A stretch of DNA of 62,105 bases, the filler included, from Asterionella formosa (Eukaryota), in assembly GCA_002256025.1 (NCBI GenBank). It is 4 parts of 4 records of this genome, joined end to end, with 100 filler letters (N's around TTAATTAATTAA, not from the genome) between each part and the next. Parts side by side here need not be neighbours in the genome. Positions count along the whole stretch, not along the records: positions 15,564 to 31,023 come from NKIB01005429.1; positions 31,124 to 46,575 come from NKIB01005431.1; 2 more parts are not named here. One strand, given 5' to 3'. Shown here piece by piece: positions 23,537-35,464 of this stretch. Every line of letters starts with the position of its first letter. The first letter of the stretch is position 1. The translations under genes and the position numbers were made by a program. A model generated the notes under the pieces. That model had not been told where the DNA came from. It did not search any database and saw only the letters and a list, made by a program, of their open reading frames with translations.

Positions 23537-25048
23537 ATGAGCAAGTGCCCAGTTGATCCCCGCAACATCAAAGAGTTCTTCTACACCGCAAATATGAAGC
23601 TTGATCTCCCATGGACGCCTTATTACTCACAATCAGGGGAGACCTTGACGGCGAGTCCTGACGACTCCCTCGCCTATTGGGCCCTAGCAGCGACGATAGC
23701 CTTTACAGTGCTGGTGTATTCCTTCGAAGGCCATTTGGATTCTCGCCAGAAGGAAAGCTACCTCGGAAAGATGTTTCCGAAGGCGCTCGAAGCGACGGTG
23801 GCTGCGATCGATGCGGAGCGCAAGCAAAACGGAAAGGAAGCCGCAGATGCGGATGCGGAGCCGCCATCGAACAAAGAGCTCCTTCCGCAACTGAAAGACA
23901 AGTTCGAGTCGTCTCAATCGTACGGGTTGGATAAAATCAACTTCGGCATGATTAGTTCCACCTTTGATACAACTGAAAGCATTGTCTATTTGATCATGGG
24001 CTTCTTCCCCTTCGTTTGGGACATGTCTGCTACTATTGGCCAGCGCTTTGGATGGACTCAACAGGACAATGAAATTAAGATCTCACTCATCTTCCTCGCC
24101 CTCACCACCATTATGGGAACAATAACCCAGCTTCCTTTTGAATTGTATTCGACGTTTCGCATCGAAAAGAAGCATGGATTCAACAAGCAAACCCTGGGTC
24201 TCTTCTTCTCCGACAAGCTCAAGTCGTTGCTTCTCACTGCTGCTATTGGAGGTCCCTTTGTCGCGCTTCTACTTACCATAATCAAGTCGGGTGGACCATA
24301 CTTTTACCTATACGTATGGGCGTTTATGTTTGTCTTCTCAGTCATTATGATGACGATTGTGCCAGTCCTCATTATGCCTCTCTTCAATAAGTACGAACCC
24401 CTCCCGGAGGGTTCCTTGAAAACTGCCATTTACAAACTAGCCGATACCTTGCACTATCCGCTCACCAAACTATTTGTCATGGATGGTAGTAAGCGAAGCT
24501 CACATTCCAATGCCTTCATGTTTGGCTTTGGCAAGAACAAGCGAATTGTTTTGTTCGATACGCTCATGACGCAAGTACACGAAGACGAGATTTTGGCGAT
24601 TCTCGGCCATGAACTTGGACATTGGAAGCTTGGGCATACCTTGTCGAACTTTCTCATTACCCAGCTATACTTTGGTGCGGCCTTTTATATCTTCTCCTTA
24701 TGTTACACATCGGCTGATCTGTATCGAGCCTTTGGCTTTGACTCCGCAGAAACCAACACACCTACGATCATTGCCCTCTTACTCTTCTTTCAAACCATCT
24801 GGTCGCCTGTGGACAAAGTCTTGAGTTTTGTATTGACCATGTTTTCCCGACACAATGAATTTGCAGCAGATGCCTTTAGTGTGGAATTAGGCATGTCCCA
24901 GAAGTTGCAGTCGGGTCTTTGCAAGATTCATTTGGAGAACTTAGGAGCCATGTGTCCAGATCCATGGTATAGTATGTATCATTATTCACATCCACCCTTG
25001 GTAGAACGCTTGAGTGCTATGATGAAAATGGATAAAAAGAACAAATAG
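23537..25048 (+). CDS. STE24: CAAX prenyl protease 1 (peptidase M48A)
   Basis: Multi-TM ORF with TFRIEKKHGFNKQT, DGSKRSSHSNA, HELGH zinc motif, EFAADAF and YHYSHPPLVERL. Confidence 0.96.
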   Translation: MSKCPVDPRNIKEFFYTANMKLDLPWTPYYSQSGETLTASPDDSLAYWALAATIAFTVLVYSFEGHLDSRQKESYLGKMFPKALEATVAAIDAERKQNGKEAADADAEPPSNKELLPQLKDKFESSQSYGLDKINFGMISSTFDTTESIVYLIMGFFPFVWDMSATIGQRFGWTQQDNEIKISLIFLALTTIMGTITQLPFELYSTFRIEKKHGFNKQTLGLFFSDKLKSLLLTAAIGGPFVALLLTIIKSGGPYFYLYVWAFMFVFSVIMMTIVPVLIMPLFNKYEPLPEGSLKTAIYKLADTLHYPLTKLFVMDGSKRSSHSNAFMFGFGKNKRIVLFDTLMTQVHEDEILAILGHELGHWKLGHTLSNFLITQLYFGAAFYIFSLCYTSADLYRAFGFDSAETNTPTIIALLLFFQTIWSPVDKVLSFVLTMFSRHNEFAADAFSVELGMSQKLQSGLCKIHLENLGAMCPDPWYSMYHYSHPPLVERLSAMMKMDKKNK

Positions 25049-25208
25049 TCACAATTGAATCAGAAAAAGTCATTGTGGTGTAGTAGGGTATAGCTGCCGG
25101 TATTCATGCTCTAGTTTTCGGTAGACTAGATGCATTGTTTAATTTATAATTCGAGGCTCTGCGTCGCCAATACGTTTAGCCTAGACTTCGATACCCCTCG
25201 GGGCTGTT

Positions 25209-26318
25209 TCACGAGAAAAACACTTCATTGTCCTGTCCTCGATACAGCATTGTTGGCTTCGTCCGAAGTACATCCATCCCGAGCACACAAGCTGGCGCAT
25301 CGACACCTAATGTCGAAGTCATAGCGACTAGCCCTGGAATATCACCGACGTAAATCTGACCACTTCCAAAGTCCACTGCTCCATCTGCCAAACTCACTGC
25401 CACCTTATCGACACTCTTGACCAATTGAATTCTCTCGCCCCCAGGCGGCCCAGCCAACAACAAAACATCACCCCGTGATGCAGCGTTGGCTGTCTTCACT
25501 GCATTCACCATGTTACTGAATGGATTTGAACCACCAGAGTCAGTGACAACTCTTCCTTTCACTCCCGCCAATTTGGCAGCTACAGCATTCACAACAGTTA
25601 TAGGTGATCCAGTGTCCAATAAGGCCACCATGTCTACACCATTGATGCGCACTATAACAGTAGGAAGCAACGTGATAGGGAGCGGTATGATGGGTACCTT
25701 GACCTTGTCAGTCGTGTCTTGACGTGTGCTGTAAAAAGTAATAGATCCAGCCCACTCGAATTCAACACCGCCTTGAAAGCAATCAAGAAATGCTTTGCTC
25801 AAGAGTCCGGCAGCGGCGGGACTGGGAAGAGCAGATGCAGTCAGACCTTGCATAAAATTTACTTCTCCGAGCCCTTCAAGTTGACAGTCACCAAGCAAAA
25901 AAGTATTTGCACCAGGCATGGCACCAGTTGCGGAGAGTCCAGGTGGAGCTTGGCCGACTACGTCAAGTCTTAATTCTTGGGCTACTTGAGAATTTAATGT
26001 ATTGGTATTGGCTGCCGTGTCGAGAACGAAGTCCAAAGAAACACCAGTTGCATTGCGTTCTTTCATGGCAGTAGTTGCCAAATGGGGAAAGCGGAGCCCA
26101 ACGGTAGGGTAGGGACCCACGTATTTGAGTGGGGCCCGGACAGAATAAGATGGATCTTCAGTTCCAACAGAAGGAGTCTCGGCCTGAAAACCGAAAGTAG
26201 AGTAAATGGTAGTACGAAATGCTGTCGGTCGCTGATGTGCCGGGACAAAGGCATAAGCAATGGAGAAGAAGACCAGAACCAACAGTGCATGTAGTTGAAA
26301 GGTCGTTTTCGCTGACAT
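25209..26318 (-). CDS. Two-lobed retropepsin-like aspartyl protease, likely plastid-targeted
   Basis: Signal peptide ending AYA-FVP; FVLDTAA and ALLDTGS motifs; AGLLS and VLGMD flap-closing motifs. Confidence 0.75.
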   Translation of the reverse strand: MSAKTTFQLHALLVLVFFSIAYAFVPAHQRPTAFRTTIYSTFGFQAETPSVGTEDPSYSVRAPLKYVGPYPTVGLRFPHLATTAMKERNATGVSLDFVLDTAANTNTLNSQVAQELRLDVVGQAPPGLSATGAMPGANTFLLGDCQLEGLGEVNFMQGLTASALPSPAAAGLLSKAFLDCFQGGVEFEWAGSITFYSTRQDTTDKVKVPIIPLPITLLPTVIVRINGVDMVALLDTGSPITVVNAVAAKLAGVKGRVVTDSGGSNPFSNMVNAVKTANAASRGDVLLLAGPPGGERIQLVKSVDKVAVSLADGAVDFGSGQIYVGDIPGLVAMTSTLGVDAPACVLGMDVLRTKPTMLYRGQDNEVFFS

Positions 26319-28016
26319 GACGGCTCTATACGATTATGATGTATTTATGGTTTAAAATCTTTCGATGTGAATTCCTTAGTGCATATTATGAACCTAACCT
26401 GGATTTATTGTTCATATCAGCTTAACCAATCCCATGTGATGTGTTGCAGGACGTTTTACATTGATGATGGCCCCCTTGACTCAGCCATCTATGAAGACTC
26501 GCTAACAAATCGTCAACACTTTTTCTTACATAGTAAGAATATCATTGCATCATCACTCATTCCGATTCACGACCCACGTGGTGACGAGGAGTCTTGAAAT
26601 GAATAGTTACCGGTATGTAGCACCTGGTACCCGGTACCTGGTACCAGTACCTGGTAGTACCCCACCAGGTATTATGAATCCTGAACATACCGTTAGCTAG
26701 TAAGTAATTCTTACCGGTGCGTACCTCTACCGGTAGGTAAATTCTACAAGAGTACTGGTACCGGGTAATTCTATGTGGTGGCATTCCGACCTGGTACCGG
26801 TACATGTGAAATCATAAATAGAGTCTATGAATGATAGGTATGTAAAAGGAACAATTCTAATCCTCCCCCGCATAATTAACACTCCAAGAACCTCGTAAAG
26901 CGATCATCATTATATTTCTTTTCTTTCGCATCCTCATCTGTAATTTAAGCATTCGAAATTCATTGACTCACTACATCCAACCCCGATGCATCCTGTGTTG
27001 TTTGATGCAAGTGTGACTAAGTACTCTTATACTTGGAGTACTCTGTTTCCCCTTCGACCTGAGTTCTATCCTTGCACTGTCGATGAATATTAGTTTAGAC
27101 TGGGCATGTGATAATAATAGCTTGTACGGCCTCTTCTTATGTATTACAGTATCTGGTGATGCCATCGTCAAAACTGACCACGTCGCTCTGATTGCTTTTG
27201 GGTGACGATGACAGGGGAGTAATCATGATATTGTTGCGAACTCAAAATTGCAGCCTGGCGTGGTTTGACTAGTCGGACTAATGATGCGAAGTGAAATGTG
27301 CCACGCTGTCATCCTTTCATTTGCAGTGGATACCAGCAATGCGCAGGTACATATTTATATTGTGCTACTAGTCTACCGTAATAATATATCCCTGACAAGT
27401 ACTGTACGTCCTACACAGATACATCGTTTACATAAACAGTCAAATCTGCTGATGTCATCATCACAATTTGCCACATGGGTGGAACAGCAATGGTAGATGC
27501 CTTCATGTTTTGTATGAACATATCATAAAAATAATACATGGATTAATATTCCTTGTTGATGAATCCGACGAAACACATTGTTTCTTTCAAGATACATCGT
27601 AAATACCGTAAGTAGTCACGAAAGAAAGGTGGAAATCTATTGACGTCCTTGCATAAAACTGCATGCTTTCAATTGAAAAAGCAAACAATGCGGCTGCAAC
27701 CGATAAAAATAAATGCTTTACCATGGAGAAAGTCGAATGAATCCAATTCTGCGATGAAATTGGCTTCCACCATAGCTAAATTTATTTATCGTTTTTTCGC
27801 TCGTGGGTCGAGTCAGAATACCGGTAACAACCGTTATCGTATTTGAAGTGTTCTTTTACTTTTTGACACGACGTGAAAATTTCGAATGTAGAAATCAGCA
27901 AAGTCCTGTTTGTGCAAGATTGATCTTGTTTGCTAACTCATGCTTCTATTACTCCCCTGCTGATTTATTTGTTGCAGGTATATGCATTCATTCAGTTGTC
28001 ACCAACAAATTACATC

Positions 28017-28646
28017 ATGTCAGCTTACGCCCTTCATTGCTTTCCTCCAATTCCCTCCTTGGACTACGAGCAAAACCAGTATGGCGCTTACAGCTTTGAG
28101 ATCTCCCCTGAAATAACTCAATCGATACACCACATCTCCAATCGTTTTGCCGACTCTATGGGCGAAATAGTTGTTAAGGTCACACTTGCCAAAATTGATT
28201 TTGCCCGACTTTGTAGGACAGGTTTGCATCCAGTCCCTCAACTGGCCAACCAAGGGGCGCAACTTACGAGCCACGAAGAAGCCATGGAGCTTGATTTAGA
28301 CATTCGCATGAATGGGCGGTGCTACAGTGCCTCCAGGAGCTTGTCTAGAATAGTGCAGTTGAGGCGAGATATACAACGAGAGTACAAGACCCAAGTCGTT
28401 CCGGAACTGCCCACAACGCTTCAACAAGGTCATCGAGGCTTTGCGATGTTGAAGGAGTTGTGCGCGAGGTATGCACCGGAAATGCACGAATGGTTTGCAA
28501 GAGTGACCTTGGATTTTCACGAGAGCTCAGCCTTGAACTCATTTCTGTGGGAACCTCTGGAACAGCAGCAACCACTGACAACATTGAATGGATCAAAGTC
28601 ATTTTCGACCTTGGGGAGTATCCCAGAACATGATGGGGACTCGTGA
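28017..28646 (+). CDS. Hypothetical protein (possibly PX-like C-terminal half)
   Basis: Long open frame with coding-like composition. YSASRSLSRIVQLRRDI...VPELP...LNSFLWEP loosely recalls PX domains. Start uncertain. Confidence 0.55.
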   Translation: MSAYALHCFPPIPSLDYEQNQYGAYSFEISPEITQSIHHISNRFADSMGEIVVKVTLAKIDFARLCRTGLHPVPQLANQGAQLTSHEEAMELDLDIRMNGRCYSASRSLSRIVQLRRDIQREYKTQVVPELPTTLQQGHRGFAMLKELCARYAPEMHEWFARVTLDFHESSALNSFLWEPLEQQQPLTTLNGSKSFSTLGSIPEHDGDS

Positions 28647-28868
28647 GAATGATATGCATTATTTGTACTGCTTGATACGATGCTACTGACTAGGATACTA
28701 GATCGGATACTAGGATGATGATGTAGATTAATGAAAAGAATGGTTTAGATGAGCCACTTACATAACTAAACAATGTCCTAAATCTTCAAATCTAGACGAC
28801 CTGCCAGACTGCCAGCTGGCCATCATTGAAAAGAAATAGTATTTATGAATTGTATATCTATTGATACA

Positions 28869-29213
28869 GGAAATGGCTCAGTCGGTTGAGCGAATTGCCT
28901 TTGATGTGTGGTTCAATTCCTGAAATTTTTGAGAAGCATTTGTTGGGTTCGACTCACACTCCTTACTGTCCTGCACAGTCTTGTCTGGTGTGCAAGAAAT
29001 AGTGGGTTTGCCCCCCCCCCCTACAAGCAGCTTGTGCCGCCTTCCTAGGCAGTCGGAGTTTCCCCTGATGCTGTGGCTAAGACAATCACCTATTGCAAAA
29101 GGTGGTTGGGGACTCAATTACACTAACAAAACTAGGGAAACACAGGTCTTGTTGGCAGGTAGCACAATGAATACTTGCCTTGAAAGAGGGGAATATGAAT
29201 GGGCTATAAAACA
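28869..29213 (+). mobile_element. tRNA-derived SINE-like repeat, copy A
   Basis: A-box TGGCTCAGTCGG (28874), B-box GGTTCAATTCC (28910), second B-box at 28945; body homologous to 38468-38791. Confidence 0.6.
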
Positions 29214-29730
29214 GATTATCATTTACTATCTATTGATACATTTGATTTGATGTGAGTGATTGCCAATGTCAATGAATTATAATTTCCCCCATCAGTTGGA
29301 AGCAATGAGTAAGATTCGAGTATACCAAGGTTGAATATTTTAGGCATCAGAGAATTTTGATCATGTATAATATGGTTGCTGGTAAAGACTATCTTGATTC
29401 TATGTACTGCAGCAGCATATTTGTATCAAAATGCAACTCAGAACATTCCATTCTTAAAAAGTGCCAATCGAACTTACCATTAGTCATATTCACTCCCAAT
29501 GGATATATATAATATTTTTGATTTCAATCAAATGCAATAAAACATAATTTTTTGATCTCATGAGTAGGATCACAAGCGGATAGAGTCGAGGATTATGGAG
29601 GGTGACCAATGTGGTAAATGGCAAACTCCTCAGAAAGCAGTTATCCTACCGCAGCGGATACAAGCATCGATTGCGTCAATTCAAACCAGATAAGTTACAA
29701 CCTTGTACATGAACGACAAAACACAGAGTC

Positions 29731-30168
29731 TCACAAAGACTCAGTCTTGCTACTACTTTCCACATTGACATCAACATTTGTCTCCGTCGATTTCTTCATA
29801 CGACCCCGACGACGTTGGCGTCGAGCTTTCTTTTCCTTTGCGGACTCATCATGCCTTTCTTCTATTTCGGCATTAGCAGGTGCGATGTTGTCGTGTAAAA
29901 TACTAGTATGTGATGATTTTGACTTGTGTCTGTTTCGTTCGCTTCGACTCTTTTCGTCGCCATTGTCGGCATCAGCAGGTGCAGCATTGTCATGTTCAAT
30001 ACCTGTGTTCGATGATTTTGACTTATGTCTGCGTCGTTCGCTTCGTCTCTTGTTGTCGCCGCCAACATGGTTGACAGTAGCAGGTGTGGTTGTTGAATCA
30101 GAATCAATCAAGATCTGTAAAACAGTTTCTAGGTCCACAACAGGTGAATCAACTGTGAGCTCGATCAT
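29731..30168 (-). CDS. Low-complexity basic hypothetical protein with an internal repeat
   Basis: Duplicated RSE..RHKSKSS...HDN.APA.A motif; may be a terminal exon or a relic. Confidence 0.35.
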   Translation of the reverse strand: MIELTVDSPVVDLETVLQILIDSDSTTTPATVNHVGGDNKRRSERRRHKSKSSNTGIEHDNAAPADADNGDEKSRSERNRHKSKSSHTSILHDNIAPANAEIEERHDESAKEKKARRQRRRGRMKKSTETNVDVNVESSSKTESL

Positions 30169-30589
30169 TTTATGAGATTTCCTGCCTTTTAGCCAACCAC
30201 TCTGAATGTAAGAATATCAAACGACCTTTATAAAAAGCCAGTGGCTGTATCTAAATATTATGCCGTGTGATAAGGTGTCGATCAATTGCAATGACAAAAA
30301 ACGAAGCAAGGTATTATCTAGCAGTGTCATCGATAACTTGCATATTGTGTTGTTATCTAAATGAGAGTGGTTGGTACCGGTATGCAAATTGCAGCAAATG
30401 TGGTATGATTCTTGGTTTTCTACTACGTACCATGGTACTGGTACCAGGTCAGAGGGTACCATGTCGATGCATCCTATGATGTATGATGACGAGGCGCAGA
30501 TGGTCCCAAAGAAGGCGCAAAACGAGCAGCTGAACACCAGCAATTCCCGCTCCAGCTATCGTCTTGGCATTCGGGTACTTCTAAGTAAT

Positions 30590-30810
30590 TTTTAGTCTCT
30601 AAGTAATTTCTTAAGTAATTTTTATTTAAGGGCAATATGGGGCACATCGAATTTTTCGGCAATAAAATTGCCGATTTTAGCATGACAACCAAAATAACGG
30701 TAATATGCGTAGAGATGGTACAGCAAGCGTGAAACACACGAGAATGATTGTAACATGCAACATCAACGAAAATTGAACATGATGTTTGGAGCAACCAAAG
30801 TATGAAATGC
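30590..30810 (+). repeat. Fragment related to the interior of the 21564-23377 element
   Basis: aatatggggcacat...ttttcggca and agaatgattg...aaaatt...accaaagtatgaaa are shared with 22320-22590. Confidence 0.65.
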
Positions 30811-31023
30811 AATGTAATAAGTAGCATCAAATGAGAAATAGAAAAAATTGCTTTGGGTTAGAAATGAAATAAAAAATAAGAGTTCCAATGGAGACATATG
30901 CATTGTGAATCATTGTAGTACTACTTACACACCAGGCAACATTGACTTTCCATCACCACACAATCGAAGACCGAAATAAGAAGGGAAAAGCTGAACCCAA
31001 TCTTGACCTACATCGTTATGTAG

Positions 31024-31123
31024 NNNNNNNNNNNNNNNNNNNNNNNNNNNNNNNNNNNNNNNNNNNNTTAATTAATTAANNNNNNNNNNNNNNNNNNNNN
31101 NNNNNNNNNNNNNNNNNNNNNNN
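31024..31123. other. Artificial scaffold spacer
   Basis: N44-TTAATTAATTAA-N44. Confidence 0.97.
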
Positions 31124-31641
31124 GATCTGCGAAGCGAAGCAAGGCAGGGCAAGACTGCAACGATAGTTGGTATCGTGGTATGATTACACTGCCTGCTTGC
31201 TGTGCCAACAGCCAAGCCAGAACAGCAAGAAAATCGGGAACAAGGAGGCAGCAAGGCAGGTTGTTCTTTCGTGTAATTACTGGTCATGGTGGTCCGTACC
31301 AGGCGCACTGCCAGGTACTGTAGTGGTACGTTCTGGTAGTACGCGCTGGCAACAAGAAGCGTCATGACAAGACTTGGAATACCAGCTGGTACCATGGTAC
31401 GTACGTGCGGTCCACATACACATGTCTGTGCATATAGGCAGTAGTCTACTGGTACCTGGTACCTACTACTCCGAGTACCGGTAGATGTGGAACATGCACA
31501 CGCTACGACTTGTGTGCTGGTCTCTCAAGGAGTATGCCGGTACCGGTATACCAGTACCTACCGGGATAGCGATGAACATTTTGTCTTTTTTGCCATGATT
31601 GATGATACTCACTCGTCCTTCACAATTGCAGCATTATTATT

Positions 31642-32070
31642 ATGCGCCTATTTGGACTCCTCTTGAATGGCATTTTGTTTGTCATACCACATGGCGGTAG
31701 TCGCAGTAGTAAGCAACAAGTACCACCGCCACTACCAACAATAATGATGATGATGACTACAGCTGCTGCTGCTGAAGCTGAAGCTAGCAACGATACTTGG
31801 AGTACTAGTAATGGTACTGGCACTACGATTCCTTACACTCCATGTGTTCGAATTTGTCGATACAATCAAAATATATACAATGGCAACGTTTGTATTGGCT
31901 GTTATAGAGAAGTCTTTGAAATTGCCAATTGGGACCGTATGACAAATATGGAAAAGAGTGTAACGTTATTGGATGCTGCTGATCGATGTAATCGTGATGA
32001 GGATGACACTACTTTACTAATAAAAGAGGAATTGTTACGACAGGCCAAGGTGTGGGGACAACAACAATGA
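31642..32070 (+). CDS. DUF1289-family Cys-rich protein
   Basis: TPCVRICRY...VCIGCYREVFEIANWDRM matches the DUF1289 pattern SPC..IC......C.GC.R...EI..W. Confidence 0.75.
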   Translation: MRLFGLLLNGILFVIPHGGSRSSKQQVPPPLPTIMMMMTTAAAAEAEASNDTWSTSNGTGTTIPYTPCVRICRYNQNIYNGNVCIGCYREVFEIANWDRMTNMEKSVTLLDAADRCNRDEDDTTLLIKEELLRQAKVWGQQQ

Positions 32071-32368
32071 CAGGATGAGCTATCCATTTTTAAATTTCCC
32101 TCCATCATGAACGTTCAATGTCTATATCATATGGAGTAGTATTCGTCTATTTGATACGGAGTACTGTACCTTTCAACCTCTAGACAGTTCGACCATTTTT
32201 CAGAGACAATGAAGTTCCAGATAAATGCTCGTGCTTGTTGATCTCTTGAAAAGTTTCAACAATAAATATTCATCTATTCACATCATATGCTTCGGTTGCA
32301 TTTCATCATAACAGTTTCCAATTTCAATAAATGCAGGATATTCATAAAATAATATATACATCACAAGT

Positions 32369-33085
32369 TTATTGAAATGCTAACTTAAAAAAGATACTCA
32401 GCAGCACGCATTGGAAGACTCCCCGAATAATATGCCCACCAGGGTACGGGAGTGGCGGTAAGCCTTCCATTTGGACGTCATGAGTCGCCATGTACACATT
32501 TGCTGGTGTAATTGCTATTGTTAGCAGGAACAGTAAGAAAGCAGGAACTTGGACTCCCGTAGGGATAACCCCCACTCCTGCCAATGCTAACCAAGCCCCT
32601 CCTCCAATTTCACACACACCGGTCCAATAGTTATGAAATTCACCATAGCTCAATCCCAAGAATCCTTCGGGCGCAGGGACTTGCCATAAGCCACCCCATG
32701 TGCCTTTGGGAGGCACCATGGTAACGAAAGCCTCCTTCATGGTAAAATGTGAGATTCCAGCGGCACAGAAGATGAGTCCCATAGGGACAGGCCATGTATA
32801 GTCTCGCCAGTTGCCATACCATCCATCAGGGAGCAGATTTTCCAAGCCAGACAACCCACTGATGCATGCGATAGTCCCAATTCCCAGTACGGCGGCAATG
32901 CCAGCAACTCCCAACTTTTGGAAATCGCCATCTTGCGCGGAAAGCAATACAGACGGATCCGGTCGTTCCACAACAGGACGCTCCAGGAATAGAGGTTGAA
33001 ATGAGGTAGGGGGCTTTGATACAGTCGTGGGAGCCACAAAGGCATGGCCTTGGGTGGTAAGGAGAAGCAGGGTAACGAATCGCAT
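32369..33085 (-). CDS. Plastid-targeted DoxX-like membrane protein
   Basis: [19 protein letters not shown] targeting signal, plus AGISHF...[13 protein letters not shown] and ITPANVYM. Confidence 0.75.
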   Translation of the reverse strand: MRFVTLLLLTTQGHAFVAPTTVSKPPTSFQPLFLERPVVERPDPSVLLSAQDGDFQKLGVAGIAAVLGIGTIACISGLSGLENLLPDGWYGNWRDYTWPVPMGLIFCAAGISHFTMKEAFVTMVPPKGTWGGLWQVPAPEGFLGLSYGEFHNYWTGVCEIGGGAWLALAGVGVIPTGVQVPAFLLFLLTIAITPANVYMATHDVQMEGLPPLPYPGGHIIRGVFQCVLLSIFFKLAFQ

Positions 33086-33882
33086 GGAAAATGGTGTCAG
33101 CGAAGAAAAATGAGGTAAGATATCGGTATAGATCTTCGTGAGCACCAGGTCCAGCATCGTCAGACTGATGTCATCCTTCGTACACCGGAAGGCGGAAGGT
33201 ACCAGGTACCAGGTACCTGGTACCCCTGGTACCTCACATAACCAATGATAGGACCAGTTACCCGTACAAATGAATACTAACTATGTACTGGCACCTTACC
33301 GGTACTCCGACTGGAACATGATGTGGTCTGAGCACCAGTACTGGTAGTCTCTCGGAGACAGTTACTCCGAGTTCAAGGAACCATAGGTAGGCAGCAATAA
33401 TTTCATGATTTTTACCTGGTTCAAGGTACCTGGTACCAACTCCTGAGTTCTCCTTTTCTTTTGACTAGTTCGACTGGTCTTATTCAATGCTCCTGCTCCT
33501 TGCTTCGGCTGGTGGTAGAAACACACTTTCCTGTGGTCGTACAAGTTTGCTTAGGTGCTAGAACTTTATGACCTCCACCAAAATTCCGTGATGAGAATGA
33601 AAAGCACGACGAATTCCGGAATGGCTTCATTCCGCTTGATGGAGGATATGATTCATCAAGCAGGCCAGAATTGAAAACTATACCGGTACATGAAATAAAA
33701 CGTGCATAATAATTCCGGTTACCGGCATTACATACCACCGGTAGACATAAATAATTCTGCATCATGTCTTTTTGATTTCCGTCAAAATACAAAGACAACA
33801 TCCTCACCAGAACCTTATTCATCCCTGGCTACAGTCGCCTACCTGTAGATTCGCTTTCAGCCTCTCGCCTACTACACATGCC

Positions 33883-35325
33883 ATGGAATCGGCACGACGT
33901 ACCAACACAACACCCATCAAAGTTGTCTTTATTCATTTGGACCTTGGAATTGGAGGCGCAGAACAGTTGGTGTTGAGTCTCGCTGGCGCATCCCAAGCAG
34001 CAGGTCACAACGTGACGATTGTCACTTCGCGATGTGACCAAGATCACTGCTTTTCGCCCGTCAAGAAGCCCTTTGGGAAGTTGGCCTCATCTGTCCAGGT
34101 ATGTGGGAGATTCCTTCCCGCCAATTTGGCAGGCATGGCGACGGCGCTTTGCAGCTCACTGAGGATGCTGTACTTATCGTTTTGGACGATTAGAACTCAT
34201 CATGATGCGGATATTTTAGTAATGGATGTATTGCCAACGTCAATACCATTCCTCGCTTCCTTGACCATGGCGGGGGTATTGTTTTACTGTCACTTTCCCG
34301 ACAAGTTGCTGACGAGAGATACTGTCAATGGTGAGCCTACAGATGCTGGAGCACAGCGCTCGATGCTGCGCAATCTATATCGCTCCCTCTTGGATAGCCT
34401 GGAGGAGTCTACCATGAGCTATTCCGATGTTTTGGTGGTAAATTCAAACTTTACAAGATCCAAAGTGCAGCAAGTTTTTCCGAGCCTCCAGCAAAAAGCG
34501 ATGAAAGTGCTGTACCCTGCGTTAGAGATGGACAAGTTTGCAAAGCCCATCTTTGAAATTTCCAAAGACGCTCCCATTGTTTCTTTGAACCGATTCGAAC
34601 GAAAAAAGAATATTCAGCTGTTGCTACAATCTTATGCCTATCTAAAGGGAAAGGTGGTGTCATCACTGCCTCCACTCATTATCGCCGGTGGCTATGATAC
34701 TCAAAACGCTGAAAACGTTGAGTACCTTCACGAACTCAAGCAACTAGCCAAGGACCTGAGTATTCATGTTACTTTCAAAACCTCCGTCAGTGATGACGAA
34801 AGATCTGAATTGATGACCTCATGTCTCTGTTTGGTGTACACGCCCCATCTGGAGCACTTTGGGATTGTCCCACTAGAAGCCATGTATGCAGGTAGACCTG
34901 TCGTAGCGGTCAATAGTGGCGGGCCGATGGAAACGATTGTCCACGAAAAGACGGGGTACTTGTGCGAAGGAACTCCAGAGGCATTTGGACAAGCCTTGCT
35001 GGAATTGGTCCAGAACCCGAAGAAAGCCATGGAACTAGGCAAGGCAGGACATGAGCATGTGGTAGCCACTTTTGGGGTGAAACGGTTTGAAAGGGAATGG
35101 GTCGCGCTCGTCAGAGAAACGTCGAAGGTTGGCAAGAAGCGTTGGGAAATTAATCATGCTCGATATTGCATCTTTTCTGCCATCCTGCACGTGATTGAGG
35201 CAGGCGTTGTTCTATTGGTCGTTTTTCTATTGACCCAACTCTTGAGGCGTTTTGGAGTTCTACGACCTGATGCTCAGATATTGGGTTCGTTTCGAAGGTT
35301 CCTCATGGGGACGGATGAACTATGA
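33883..35325 (+). CDS. ALG2: Alpha-1,3/1,6-mannosyltransferase ALG2 (GT4)
   Basis: FIHLDLGIGGAEQLV, FYCHFPDKLL, SLNRFERKKNI, AGGYD, EHFGIVPLEAM, NSGGPMET. Confidence 0.95.
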   Translation: MESARRTNTTPIKVVFIHLDLGIGGAEQLVLSLAGASQAAGHNVTIVTSRCDQDHCFSPVKKPFGKLASSVQVCGRFLPANLAGMATALCSSLRMLYLSFWTIRTHHDADILVMDVLPTSIPFLASLTMAGVLFYCHFPDKLLTRDTVNGEPTDAGAQRSMLRNLYRSLLDSLEESTMSYSDVLVVNSNFTRSKVQQVFPSLQQKAMKVLYPALEMDKFAKPIFEISKDAPIVSLNRFERKKNIQLLLQSYAYLKGKVVSSLPPLIIAGGYDTQNAENVEYLHELKQLAKDLSIHVTFKTSVSDDERSELMTSCLCLVYTPHLEHFGIVPLEAMYAGRPVVAVNSGGPMETIVHEKTGYLCEGTPEAFGQALLELVQNPKKAMELGKAGHEHVVATFGVKRFEREWVALVRETSKVGKKRWEINHARYCIFSAILHVIEAGVVLLVVFLLTQLLRRFGVLRPDAQILGSFRRFLMGTDEL

Positions 35326-35464
35326 ACATCGGACATAACAATATATCATTAGCCCTCGTTTACTTTTAAACTACACATTCACATGGACTTGTCTGCCACA
35401 ACACACACACACACATCAAAAAAGGATGTTCCAATTGCAATACTCTCAATCAGAGTCCACCAAC

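Noticed and set aside
28869..28922. Functional tRNA gene (also 38468 and 37961)
   Set aside because: A and B boxes are present but I could not build a complete cloverleaf; the attached repeated body fits a SINE better.
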